Positions 51,630-62,313 of a stretch of 64,000 nt of DNA are shown in pieces. The position numbers and the translations under genes are program-made. The stretch comes from Paramoeba atlantica (taxonomy: Eukaryota > Protista > Discosea), in the NCBI GenBank assembly GCA_977017575.1, contig CDRNVI010000033.1, positions 62,001-126,000 on the forward strand, read 5' to 3'. The notes beneath the pieces were generated by a model. It did not search any database. It was given only the letters and a program-made list of their open reading frames with translations, and was not told the origin of the DNA. Position 1 is the stretch's first letter. Every line of letters starts with the position of its first letter.

Positions 51630-52001
51630 ATGGACGAAAATGGGGACAGATTTTCGCCAACATTAGCGGACAGTTTTAGAAGTGGTCTGCCTTCCGCAAT
51701 TTTGCATGCATTTGCACCACTTTATGACTCTATCCCACATATTCAACGTCTTGTTGAGGCAGCACAGGATTGTGCTTTCTGGTTTTCAGATCCAACATAT
51801 TGTCGGGAGAAAGATGCCGCAGTTGTAAACGTATTTATGCAAGCAACGGAAGAATCTTTCCGGGTATGTCCTCAAGAAAGTAAAGAGCTTGCTCGGTGTT
51901 ATGAAAGCAAAGGAAATAAATCCTTAGAGTTATGTACACATGCTCGGCACAGTTGGATGAAATGCTTATACGACAAAGCGAATATCAATGTCTGGCGGTA
52001 G
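51630..52001 (+). CDS. CX9C (CHCH-type) protein resembling complex I subunit NDUFA8
   Basis: Three CX9C pairs; LPSAILHAFA, SDPTYC and CLYDKA align by eye to NDUFA8. Confidence 0.7.
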   Translation: MDENGDRFSPTLADSFRSGLPSAILHAFAPLYDSIPHIQRLVEAAQDCAFWFSDPTYCREKDAAVVNVFMQATEESFRVCPQESKELARCYESKGNKSLELCTHARHSWMKCLYDKANINVWR

Positions 52002-52330
52002 GAGAATTAAGCTTTCTTCTTTTTAAGTGGTCTTTTTCTTCAATTTCCAAAACGCTACCCTGATGGCAGTGTATGATTAGCTTTACTTCAGACTGCTTCG
52101 CAATGCCTTCCCTTCCGTAGCTTTAAGCTTTTTTAAGCTTTTTTGCTCATTTCTTCCTATTCGAGAGATCTCGTTCCATAAGCCTTTCAATCACACGAAA
52201 AAAAAATTACTTTTGTTTTATCTCAAAGTCAAATAAATTCAAATACTAGTAAATAATCAATCACTCATTCCAATTCTAAAATACTTCTATAGTGTTTTAC
52301 TAGCTCTCCTCGTACACCATCACTTGCAAA

Positions 52331-53629
52331 ATGAGCGTGTCGGAGGCTGTACAAATGGAAATTGAGGAGACCATTACCTGTCTAATGGTCCCTCAAGCCT
52401 TCTCACGACCCTCCGGACCCTTTGAACCCACCTCCACCCCCGACCTTGGGTCAAACCACCACCCCTACGTCGCCGCCGGCACCGCCGAAGGCCACGTCTA
52501 CATTGTCCGCAACCCCTCTCTCCACGACCCCTCCGCCCCATACGACGACACCACCCCCCGTACCCACGCCGAGCTCTCCCCCGAGCTCTCCTCCCCCACT
52601 CCCATCCCCGAACTCCTTGAATGTCACACCCTCCCCGGTTCCCCCGCCATCACCGCTGGATCCCTCATCCACACCCGTCCCGGCGCCACCCTCGTCGGTG
52701 ACAGCACCGGACACGTCCACCTCCTCCACCCCCTCCACACCCATGGCACCCCTTTACAAACCGTACGTATCATCCCCGACCACCACAATAACCACAACAA
52801 CAACAACAACAACCGTAACCCCATCGGTTCCTCTTTCTCTTCCTCTTCGTCTTCTCGTGCCTTCATCTCCCACATCACCACCTCCCTTCGCCACGGCCAC
52901 CTCACCGCGGTCACCGACAGCACCGGCACCACCCGGCTCTACGACACCCACACCATGACGCACCGCTCCACGCTCCCCGGGACCCACCCCGCGGGGGTTC
53001 TCGGCCTCGGGGACTACACCGTGCTCGCCCCCACCCCCTCCCCCTGCCTGCGGCTCTGGGACCTGCGGTTTGACAAAACCCACGTGCTGAGTTTCTGCAC
53101 GGAGGACGTGGTGAGTGTGGTGGGGGAGCCGGTGGGGGGGGCAGCGGGGGCCGGTGGGGGAGGGGGGGACCCCGGGAGCGGGGCGCTCCCCTTTGTGGCG
53201 TGTGGCACCGTGGGGGGACGGTGCTTCTCGTTAAGGGTGGGGGAGGGGGGGAGAGGGGGACGGGGAGAGGGGAGGGAGGGGGTACAAGCCTGGAATCGGT
53301 GTTTTGTGCCGTGTGATCGGGCACAGAGGGCAGATTTAACGAGTGTGGGGGTAACGGAGTGGGGTGCGGTGGTGACGGGGGATAGTGCGGGACAGTTGAG
53401 TGTGGTGGATGCGGCGACCGGGCGGTTTCTGTTGTTGGATCATCTAACGACGGGAAATGGCGCGTTCGAGGAGATTGATCCTAAGGCGTGTGCGGTTGTC
53501 GGGGGTCAAGGGATTGGGAATACCCACACCTATGTGTATGCCTATGTTCTGCGCAATGGTATGTCGTGGGTACGTTGGGCGAGGGGGAAAACGGAGTCGC
53601 GGCCGCCTTCCACAGCGTGGCATCCGTGA
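52331..53629 (+). CDS. WD40/beta-propeller protein
   Basis: Repeated xxG(D/T)xxGxVxxxD units, LRLWDLR. Confidence 0.75.
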   Translation: MSVSEAVQMEIEETITCLMVPQAFSRPSGPFEPTSTPDLGSNHHPYVAAGTAEGHVYIVRNPSLHDPSAPYDDTTPRTHAELSPELSSPTPIPELLECHTLPGSPAITAGSLIHTRPGATLVGDSTGHVHLLHPLHTHGTPLQTVRIIPDHHNNHNNNNNNRNPIGSSFSSSSSSRAFISHITTSLRHGHLTAVTDSTGTTRLYDTHTMTHRSTLPGTHPAGVLGLGDYTVLAPTPSPCLRLWDLRFDKTHVLSFCTEDVVSVVGEPVGGAAGAGGGGGDPGSGALPFVACGTVGGRCFSLRVGEGGRGGRGEGREGVQAWNRCFVPCDRAQRADLTSVGVTEWGAVVTGDSAGQLSVVDAATGRFLLLDHLTTGNGAFEEIDPKACAVVGGQGIGNTHTYVYAYVLRNGMSWVRWARGKTESRPPSTAWHP

Positions 53630-53874
53630 ATTTGTTTCTTGTGTAGGTTGTGTAATGGGTTTGTCGTTCGTGTACGTACGGTCACTTGCATTTAGGATAC
53701 TAACTACTAGTATCGTTTATGTATATTACATAGGATGGATCTTTTTTGGCCGTCGGAGGATAAATCGAAAGGTCTTCTTTTTTAACTCTTTGATTTCATT
53801 GTAAAAATTTGAAGAACGTCATATTTTTTTATTAGAATTCCAATATATTTTGTATATTCGTAAGCTCTTTAAAG

Positions 53875-54135
53875 ATGGTTTTTCTTGACACCGATCTCGC
53901 GTACCCTTCGGAGCGGTCAGAAGCGCAAAAGCACAAGCGCAAAAGACTCGTACAGGGACCCAATAGCTTTTTCTGGGATGTAAAGTGTAAGGGATGCTAC
54001 CAAGTGCAGACGGTATACAGCCATGCGAAAACAGCAGTGATTTGCGCTGGTTGCAATACCACCCTCGCTCAACCAACCGGTGGCAAAGCACGGCTTACGG
54101 AAGGGACAAAGTATCGCAGAAAGCCGGATCGCTAA
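53875..54135 (+). CDS. RPS27: 40S ribosomal protein S27 (eS27)
   Basis: [13 protein letters not shown], CxxC...CxxC, PTGGKARL. Confidence 0.96.
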   Translation: MVFLDTDLAYPSERSEAQKHKRKRLVQGPNSFFWDVKCKGCYQVQTVYSHAKTAVICAGCNTTLAQPTGGKARLTEGTKYRRKPDR

Positions 54136-54391
54136 TTCTGTAAGACGAGGCAACAGGTAAAGATGTCCCTTGTTGGTTAAGATAAGTATAAGAAGGTAAG
54201 TTCGAATACGCTGTTTGGAAAGTTAGATTCGTATTGAAGTAGCAATTTCTTTAGCATTGTTATTACATCCGAAGATACAACAACAGATTCACTTCATTCC
54301 AACAATTGCGATAGTTTTCAACAATAATTTACTACCAAATTTGTGTTCTTTACAACGTAACCAATATTTATTTCTGGATCCGATTCACTTT

Positions 54392-55645
54392 ATGACAATT
54401 CATCTGGTGCAGCTCAAAGCTCATGTACAACACTACTTGTGGGGTCAACATACCAAAGACAGCATTATCAAGGACTTTCTCAAGGTTAATGGAGACGTAG
54501 ACATTAGAGAAGACGATACCTTAGCCGAAATCTGGGCAGGTGATCATCCAACTCTTCCCTCTCAAATATTATCAACAGATTTAGAGAATACCGAATTCTT
54601 GTCTACGTGGTTGAAGAGAAATGGTTATAACCATTCTTTACCGTTCCTATTTAAGATATTAACTATTCGTAGGGCATTATCTATCCAGGCACATCCAGAT
54701 AAAATTCTCGCCGCAACACTGCACCAACGAGACTCGATACACTACCCTGACCGTTATCACAAGCCTGAAATTGCAGTAGCGATTTCCCCAATGGAAGCGT
54801 TATGCGGCTTTCGGCCCATTTCCGAAATTGCTCACTTCTGCAATACAATTCAAGAATTTTCTTTGGTTTGGACGGATTTCCATTCTTCGGAATCAGAGAT
54901 AGATAGCATTCGACATGGTGTACAAAGAATGTATGATTTGTCGTCCGCGTTTATTGAGGAACAAACTTATAGCCTTACTCAAAGATATGACAAGAAATCT
55001 AACAGTCTTATTCCCGAAGTTAACCTTTTTTTGAGGCTGCAAGAACAGTTTCCCAATGATGTTGGTTGTTGGTTTGTTTTCATATTGAGATATGTGCGAC
55101 TACAACCTTTTGAGGGTCTCTTTCTAAGGCCGAATGAACCTCATGCCTATATATCCGGAGATTGCCTTGAAGTTATGCGTAGTTCAGACAATGTTGTTCG
55201 CGGCGGTCTTACGCCAAAGTTTAAAGATATTGAAACGTTTCTGAGTATGATGACATATGATTCTCAAAACGGACTAAACATGAGGCTTACGCCCCAATTC
55301 TCAAATTCCGTTTACGAATACTTTCCAACACCAGCAAAAGACTTTCCGGAATTTCGTATGGTCGTATTTCATCTCGATGCGAAAAGAAGGAGTGCTTCAT
55401 ACAGCATAGATCCTTCGGGAGACCAGGATTCTAAGACGCACAATGGCTGTCCTATTTTAATTTATGTCATTAGAGGGACAGTTGAAATGAAATACAGCAC
55501 AGATACGACTGGAATAGCACGCTATTTGAGTTCTTCCACTGTTTGGTGCCTGTACACTACAGTACTTCCTCTGCGCATTTCACTCCATCTTACTCAAGAG
55601 AGCGACGGGACTCTTGCGATGGCTTTGCCAAATGCCATTATTTAA
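54392..55645 (+). CDS. PMI: type I phosphomannose isomerase
   Basis: QHYLWG, AEIWAGDHP, LSIQAHPDK, HKPE, HAYISG, SDNVVRGGLTPK; start moved to ATG 54392. Confidence 0.93.
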   Translation: MTIHLVQLKAHVQHYLWGQHTKDSIIKDFLKVNGDVDIREDDTLAEIWAGDHPTLPSQILSTDLENTEFLSTWLKRNGYNHSLPFLFKILTIRRALSIQAHPDKILAATLHQRDSIHYPDRYHKPEIAVAISPMEALCGFRPISEIAHFCNTIQEFSLVWTDFHSSESEIDSIRHGVQRMYDLSSAFIEEQTYSLTQRYDKKSNSLIPEVNLFLRLQEQFPNDVGCWFVFILRYVRLQPFEGLFLRPNEPHAYISGDCLEVMRSSDNVVRGGLTPKFKDIETFLSMMTYDSQNGLNMRLTPQFSNSVYEYFPTPAKDFPEFRMVVFHLDAKRRSASYSIDPSGDQDSKTHNGCPILIYVIRGTVEMKYSTDTTGIARYLSSSTVWCLYTTVLPLRISLHLTQESDGTLAMALPNAII

Positions 55646-55800
55646 TGTCTTTAAAAAAACGTATTATCTAACGTTTAACTGAAACAAACATTTTTTGCTT
55701 ATGGAAGCATTGTGAAATATGTATCTTTCCAAGCTAATATCAGGTTGATGTGTATTGCAATCTTTTTACTACTTGTTACTCGCATCATCCTCTCTCTTAA

Positions 55801-57327
55801 ATGGGTGGAGTTCTTCCAAAGCCTGTCACCACCAAAGTTTTAGAACGTCGCGGAAATGAGCTCTTCTCCGTCGGCCTTTGCAGCATGAACGGCTACCGAG
55901 AACACATGGAAGACGCCCACACGTGTCACTTTCAGCCCGCGGTACCGGAGTCCAACAAACCTCCATGGGGAATGTTTGCCATCTTTGACGGGCATGTTAC
56001 GGACAAATGCAGCGCGTACGTCGCCCAAGCCCTTCCCAACGCCATACGCTCCTGGTATGACGCCTCAAACGCAACTGTCACAAGCGCCACGGGATTACCT
56101 CCGGACGCAGAAGTGCAACGCCTTGCCCTAGACGTGGACCGAATGTGGATTGAGCAGGGTCAGGAGGGAGGCTCCACAGGGGTATGGATCCTATCCAGCT
56201 TTGTGAATGATCGCTACCATTTGCAGATTGGCAACCTTGGGGATAGCCGTGTGATTGTTGGGCGTCAGAACCAAACTTTTGAGTGGCTCACACGAGACCA
56301 CAAACCAGAGCTCCCGGAGGAACGTGCACGGATCCTGGAATGTGGCGGCCATGTGGAGAACAACCGGGTGGACGGTGGGCTGGCAATCTCGCGCGCCTTT
56401 GGAGATGCCTCATACAAGCAGCACGCCCCCACAACCGACCAGCAACATCAGAAAGTGATTGCAGTATGTGACGTCACCCACGCAACGATTGAAAAGGATT
56501 CAGAAGATTTTGTCCTCATCTTTTGTGACGGAGTTTATGAGGGAGATTTTACCAATGAACAGATTGCGCAGTTTACTGCGAAGCAGTTGGAACACACAAG
56601 TGATCTAGCGGCAGTGTGTGCGTCTGTATGTGACGAGGCCCTTCATCGCGGGTCTAGGGATAACATATCCTGTATGCTAATAAAGTGTCATAGCGGGATC
56701 CCGTTGGTTACGGGGCATCAACTAGACGAGCTCTTACCCGGAACGTTTAGCAACCCGGACTCTAAGGCGTTTGTGAGTGCGTACTGTGACATGTTGGAGT
56801 ACGGCAAGTCTACCCTGTCACTTCCTCAGGCCTTGCACTACCGCTATCATCACACGCAGAAACAACTTCCCGAGCTGCAAAGGAAGTTTGAATCTCACCC
56901 AGAGACGGATCTCACGTGGCATGAGATCTGTGCTATCCTTCAACCTGCGGCCTCCCAACGGCAAGCCCTGCTGGAAGCCCCACGAGAGGATCTTCACCAG
57001 CAGATCCGGGAAAAACGTCAGGCTGAATTGATTACCCATATTGAGGTTCTGCAAGAGATGAAGGAAGAGTTGGAACGCTTTGGGTCCGGACCTGGGGAGG
57101 CACTTGATCTAATGCAGCAAATGGAGTGGTTTGAAGATTGGGCTGCAAAACATGTCACGTGTGGTCCCGCGGATCCTCACGGAGGCCTCACGGACAGCAC
57201 GCTGCAACAGATGCTCGCGGCGCAGCAACAATTAGGGGTACCGCTGCACTCCTTACTTGATATGATCACGTCACAGGAGAATAACCCCCCCGAGCCTACA
57301 GAAGACTGCGAGGACGGTACTGAGTAG
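55801..57327 (+). CDS. protein phosphatase 2C, kinetoplastid type
   Basis: MGxxLPKP N-terminus, GYREHMEDAH, FDGH, NLGDSR, DHKP, SRAFGD, CDG, GSRDNIS. Confidence 0.93.
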   Translation: MGGVLPKPVTTKVLERRGNELFSVGLCSMNGYREHMEDAHTCHFQPAVPESNKPPWGMFAIFDGHVTDKCSAYVAQALPNAIRSWYDASNATVTSATGLPPDAEVQRLALDVDRMWIEQGQEGGSTGVWILSSFVNDRYHLQIGNLGDSRVIVGRQNQTFEWLTRDHKPELPEERARILECGGHVENNRVDGGLAISRAFGDASYKQHAPTTDQQHQKVIAVCDVTHATIEKDSEDFVLIFCDGVYEGDFTNEQIAQFTAKQLEHTSDLAAVCASVCDEALHRGSRDNISCMLIKCHSGIPLVTGHQLDELLPGTFSNPDSKAFVSAYCDMLEYGKSTLSLPQALHYRYHHTQKQLPELQRKFESHPETDLTWHEICAILQPAASQRQALLEAPREDLHQQIREKRQAELITHIEVLQEMKEELERFGSGPGEALDLMQQMEWFEDWAAKHVTCGPADPHGGLTDSTLQQMLAAQQQLGVPLHSLLDMITSQENNPPEPTEDCEDGTE

Positions 57328-57627
57328 TTAGGGTTGTATAAAAATGTGGTATAAAGTTTGAAATTTGCTTTTCTTCTTGGTCTCCCGTAAACTTTGTATT
57401 TCCAGTTCCAGACATATCATTAATATAGCTTTGGGCTTACTTTAAATTTGAGATTTAGCAAACAGTTTTTAGTCTTTAGCCCTAAACAAAGAATACAATT
57501 ATTTTCTTCACTGTAATCGATACACCAGAGTTTTGTTTCAATAATTTTAGTTTTAATACAGAGATTACGTCGCTTTCAAATTCGTAATATCGAATTGATC
57601 TTTTTATAAAAAGAAGGTCGATATATG

Positions 57628-57680
57628 CTTTACTTTTTCTTCTATTGCGCTTTTCTGAAATCTTTTCATAGCTCTCACAG
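57628..57680 (+). promoter_or_regulatory. candidate trans-splice acceptor (pyrimidine tract + AG) for SNU13
   Basis: T/C-rich tract ending CTCTCACAG, 7 nt before ATG 57688. Confidence 0.5.
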
Positions 57681-57687
57681 CTCACAC

Positions 57688-58071
57688 ATGTCAGACGGTG
57701 TCAGCGATAAAGCATTTCCTTTGGCTCAGGACACTTTGGCGAGAGCCATATATGATTTGGTACAACAGTCTTCCAACTATAAGCTTTTAAAAAAGGGAGC
57801 GAATGAGGCCACAAAAGCTCTGAATCGCGGAACTGCAGAGTTGATAGTCATGGCAGGTGATACGAATCCTGTGGAGATTGTGTTACACCTCCCACTTTTG
57901 TGCGAAGACAAAAATGTGCCATACGTGTTTGTTCCTTCGAAGACGGCGCTTGGTCGTGCGGCGCAGGTGTCGCGGAATGTTGTTGCCTTGGCAATTACAA
58001 GTGCAGATGGATCACCGCTCCGTTCTCAAATCGACTCCATAAAGCTTGAAGTCGAAAAACTTTTGGTGTAA
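57688..58071 (+). CDS. SNU13: 15.5K/Snu13/NHP2L1 L7Ae-family protein
   Basis: [37 protein letters not shown]; start moved to ATG 57688. Confidence 0.94.
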   Translation: MSDGVSDKAFPLAQDTLARAIYDLVQQSSNYKLLKKGANEATKALNRGTAELIVMAGDTNPVEIVLHLPLLCEDKNVPYVFVPSKTALGRAAQVSRNVVALAITSADGSPLRSQIDSIKLEVEKLLV

Positions 58072-58446
58072 AATAGAACCGTTCAAGTAATTTCAAGCTA
58101 TTTTTGTGTTGGATATTAGTGAATTTTTGTTGGCTATGCAAACATGTTCGTAGCGTAATCATCGCAGACGTAGGATTTTCATTTGTTTTTATTCGAAGAC
58201 TTGTACTAAGTAAAAATTGAAAATTACTCGAAATAGGCCGCTAGCAAAAGAACGCATTTATCTTAGGAAAAATGAATATAGTTTCCTTTGTTTAGATCTC
58301 AAGCATCTACAGTACAGATAAACTATTATGCCATCTATTTTTGTACGCTTACACAACTACTAAAAAAGGAGATAGAAAGCAAAATATTCTTATTAGTAAA
58401 AATAATTTACTTTTCCATTTTTTAGAGTCTGTCAATATTAATAAAG

Positions 58447-59055
58447 ATGATAAATGTCGAACATTCAATTTCCTCTGGACGTCGGCACGCTAGACTGGTG
58501 TCTCAAGCTTTAGCAGAGCTGGACGAAATCAAAGAAATCATTTTTGATCGGCGTAGCGAACAGTGTCCCACTCAAACTCTTGGGAATTTTCATGTTACCG
58601 AATCGCAACTTTTTACTAATGTTCCTGCAAAATATATTATTGACCGCATCGAGAATTCTGTCCCCACAACAAGAGAATCACTTGATATTCGTTCATCTAA
58701 AGTAAAAACAACGCTCAAGAAAAAAACGTCATTTGGGACAAACAGCTTCTCGGAAGAAACGGAGCAAACGTATCGTACGGAAAGCACTCAATTGAAAGAC
58801 TTCGAAATACAGACTCACTCAGTGCATCCGGATGCAGAGGCCTTAAAATTATCTGATGTGAACAACAAGTTTGTTGAAGAAGACCAAGTAAAATACAAAA
58901 AGGAATTAGAAAATGTCGCGTCTAAACCTGTATCTGAGGACGATACTCAAAATGATCACTTTTTACTTCATAAGACCAGTGATCGATCTGAAAGCCATAG
59001 AAGTCGGAATAGCGATGAATATGATAGTTTTCTGATTTTGGAGAGTGACAGCTGA
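58447..59055 (+). CDS. hypothetical hydrophilic protein
   Basis: 202 aa co-oriented ORF; no family recognised. Confidence 0.55.
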   Translation: MINVEHSISSGRRHARLVSQALAELDEIKEIIFDRRSEQCPTQTLGNFHVTESQLFTNVPAKYIIDRIENSVPTTRESLDIRSSKVKTTLKKKTSFGTNSFSEETEQTYRTESTQLKDFEIQTHSVHPDAEALKLSDVNNKFVEEDQVKYKKELENVASKPVSEDDTQNDHFLLHKTSDRSESHRSRNSDEYDSFLILESDS

Positions 59056-59483
59056 TTCAATACATGCGAATGATTATCATGTGTGCCCATTTGAATGATT
59101 TGTAAGATAAGATTCCAAGTAAGTGATAATGGATACAATAATTTTTACTGCATAAATTATTCAATTCGTATTGCAATTAAGCCGAGTAAGTTTCGTTTGT
59201 ACACTGCGTCATCTTTATGTATCTGTATCCTCTATTTGTACGAAGGCCGTCATCTGAAAAGCTGCTTGTTCTGAAATAGAACACGTTTTTACTTATTTCA
59301 TTTTGCTTTTCAGCAGTAAACAGTAAAAGTGGGACTCAACATCAGGGTTGTACAAGTGCTCTTTTCTCTTGTTGTAAGTGCTCTTTTCTCTGCTTCGCTA
59401 TTAAAAAGACTGTTTCGAAAGTTATAAATTATGTAATTCTTTAGTAGTTAAAAATTGTTATATTGAATTTATTTGAGTTTTAA

Positions 59484-61208
59484 ATGGAGATTTTGCTACA
59501 AGAACACCACATATGCCCAGATTATAAATACTTCTGGAACTCGAGTCGGCTTCCCAATTTAGGGGCCCTACCCAATTTGCTTGACGATTTCACTGGAATT
59601 CATCGATTTCTCAGACCGCATAGCTCAGATATTTCTGCATGTGCTGCATACTGTCCTGCAGCACGAGAAACAAAAGTTTTAGCAGCACTAAAAACGTCCT
59701 CAAATGCGTGCCACGTATGCAATCTTTTCGATAAAGTTTCATTTTGCACGCATTATCTGGACGATTCCCAACAACTAATAATAAAAATATCATATAATGG
59801 TTCACAGCAGAGAAATTTCAATGTTCACCATTCCGAATCTACGCTTCTCAGTTTTCTTGCAGACCTTCAATTACTTCTCCCCCACCTTTGTGTTCCACAT
59901 TATGAAGAAAATCTTTTTTCCAAGCCTGCAAGCTATATTGACTGGCTGCTTCAACACATTGTTACACTCCTAGGACATGATGGACGAACGCTCCTTCTTT
60001 TATTCCTAAATTCTACAGACTATGACAAAGAAGTAGTCCCATTACGAGAGCATGTCCGGTGTTCTGCCGTTCGGCGAAAAAACAGATCTATGTACAACGT
60101 CATGAAAAACACTACCCAGATGGCTGCTTCAACTTTGCTATCAGGCTGGCGTTTAGAACAGGGCACTAGAAAAGGAGAAAATTCAACTATCACGTATGTG
60201 AATTTGTACGCTTCGAATTTGGAGGCCTTACACAATGCACTTTTTCGTTTTAGAAGGCTGTTAAATTCTTGTAACAAAGCTTGTTTGTCTTTATTTGGGT
60301 CTAATAATTCTGATACTTCGAACGGTATAAAGACTCAGGTCACGTATGCAGAGGATCAGTTGCATCTAGCAATGGAATCCCTAATCGAAATCCTACGTAT
60401 TCACGGTTTTACGAAAATAGGCCTCCTGGAGCCAAACATTAAAGATCTACATGAAGAAAAGAATTTGGAATTGCATAGTTGTCTATCACATAGTGCTGGA
60501 CCCCCCAAAAACATGGCGACATCACAGAATCAAGAAACGTTCAAGTCCACTGATTCCCTAACCAAAGACGAAAATGTGGAAAACGGCTTACTGGAAAAGG
60601 TTTTTCCAGAACTGTCGTGCTTCTTGGATCGTTTCAATAATAGAGGCGTGGAACTGTTTCTTAGCTGTTCTAATGAAGTGTGGGATATGGTCTGTTCTAT
60701 CGTAGACTCTTTAATAGATTTTCTTCGAAGAGCTGCTGAGTGCGCTTACAATTTCGAGCTAGAAAAAACTTCTAGAGCTCAATCACTGAATAATGAAGAA
60801 ATCGACGAACAAAAGCAATCGAAATATTTTGTTGTGCGTGATCTCTTTGACGAATTCAATACAGGTCTTTCGAGTCACTTTTTGAGACCATGCTTGTTTA
60901 CTTTATATGTGTTTTTTCGGCATTTTGTGAAACGTTTCGCGCAGTGGAAAATAAGCCAAACTAACCAGAATAAAAATGTTTCTTTAGACCTCTTCAATGT
61001 TGAGTCTGAACTGGCGCATGAAGACTCGTTGGCTAATCTAAGTCAAGATTTTTTTGTATGTTCGCAATCACCAGAAGAATCTTTACCAGACGCTGATAGC
61101 CAAGAAGTAAAGCATGTGGGCATGACTGGAGAAGGTAAAGTCAGTAGTCCTATTGGGAAAACACTGGAAGAAATGTTTGCGTCCGACTGGACTCGTGAGT
61201 GTACGTAG
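59484..61208 (+). CDS. hypothetical protein (574 aa)
   Basis: Long AT-rich co-oriented ORF; no family recognised. Confidence 0.75.
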   Translation: MEILLQEHHICPDYKYFWNSSRLPNLGALPNLLDDFTGIHRFLRPHSSDISACAAYCPAARETKVLAALKTSSNACHVCNLFDKVSFCTHYLDDSQQLIIKISYNGSQQRNFNVHHSESTLLSFLADLQLLLPHLCVPHYEENLFSKPASYIDWLLQHIVTLLGHDGRTLLLLFLNSTDYDKEVVPLREHVRCSAVRRKNRSMYNVMKNTTQMAASTLLSGWRLEQGTRKGENSTITYVNLYASNLEALHNALFRFRRLLNSCNKACLSLFGSNNSDTSNGIKTQVTYAEDQLHLAMESLIEILRIHGFTKIGLLEPNIKDLHEEKNLELHSCLSHSAGPPKNMATSQNQETFKSTDSLTKDENVENGLLEKVFPELSCFLDRFNNRGVELFLSCSNEVWDMVCSIVDSLIDFLRRAAECAYNFELEKTSRAQSLNNEEIDEQKQSKYFVVRDLFDEFNTGLSSHFLRPCLFTLYVFFRHFVKRFAQWKISQTNQNKNVSLDLFNVESELAHEDSLANLSQDFFVCSQSPEESLPDADSQEVKHVGMTGEGKVSSPIGKTLEEMFASDWTRECT

Positions 61209-61626
61209 AGTGTTTCCGATGCTCTTTTTTAAACGCGTGTAGGATTTACTATGAACAGAGCATTCAGAAATCGCCACGGCGAACATGCATTGTTTTTCTG
61301 TCATGTCGTGTTGTAGCAAAATCAATAATTATCGCCCTTAACACTCCTAACACTAACGTTTCATTAGATTTCATTATCTAACATTTCATTAGATCAAAGC
61401 TGTAACTCGTTAAAACAAGAGAATCTTCTTCAGAATGCTAACGCCAGGAGAACCCCAAACAATGTGAATTCAACTTTACAAAACGATTATTTGACTCTGG
61501 ACACATGGTTATCGAAAATTACACGAACCTTTTATATGTGCAGTCTAAACACTTAAATGATATTTTATGTTGGACGTGTTTTTCTAATAATTGGATGAGA
61601 AATGTGTTTGATTTGTTTCAAGGTTA

Positions 61627-62091
61627 ATGTCAGTTGCGATAACTAGGTGGCTTGAAAGCATACTTCGATGTAACATTACCGGTTCATCTCGAAGTGCCAA
61701 CTCATCAGAACTGAGTGAGCCTGTCGAGACCCCGCATCTGAGTCTGTCCGAGCGTTGGGAAAATACATTATTTGGTTCAACAAACTTGAGAGGAGGACGA
61801 ACTTCATATCCACAACAAGATATATCCGAATACTCTAAGATGGAAAACACAAACCTATATTGGTTCAATAATAAAAATATGCGCTGGGAGCCTCGCCCGG
61901 AAGCGCCGATTCATATTGTTGAGCAGTTTAAAAAGGCATTGCTGGAAACAGAATCGGACTCCTCCCAGAACGCATCAGCTCCACCGCCTATGCCAACTGC
62001 TTTTGGACCTGGTCCCGCTACTCCGAATCCCATACTGTTTGATTCCGATGGTTGCTCCCAGAGATATGCGCCTAACTCATTTTTTTCGTGA
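61627..62091 (+). CDS. small protein with Sec16 C-terminal-like motifs
   Basis: NTNLYWFNNKNMRW, PPPMPTAF, terminal RYAPNSFF; family call tentative. Confidence 0.6.
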   Translation: MSVAITRWLESILRCNITGSSRSANSSELSEPVETPHLSLSERWENTLFGSTNLRGGRTSYPQQDISEYSKMENTNLYWFNNKNMRWEPRPEAPIHIVEQFKKALLETESDSSQNASAPPPMPTAFGPGPATPNPILFDSDGCSQRYAPNSFFS

Positions 62092-62313
62092 AACAGATTG
62101 CCTTTAAGCGAGCGTTAGCATTTTTTTTTTTCGAATTTACGTGGCAATTCTGCAAACGAATTGAAGTCTCTGAATAAATACAACCAAAATCTTTTTTTGG
62201 ATTTGCTGAAAATATTCTACCTCGCGTCATGCGACCATTATTTACACTTTGCTTTTTTTGAATATTCGTCTAATTCTTTACAATTCAACAATAATATATT
62301 TCACTAGCTCTTT

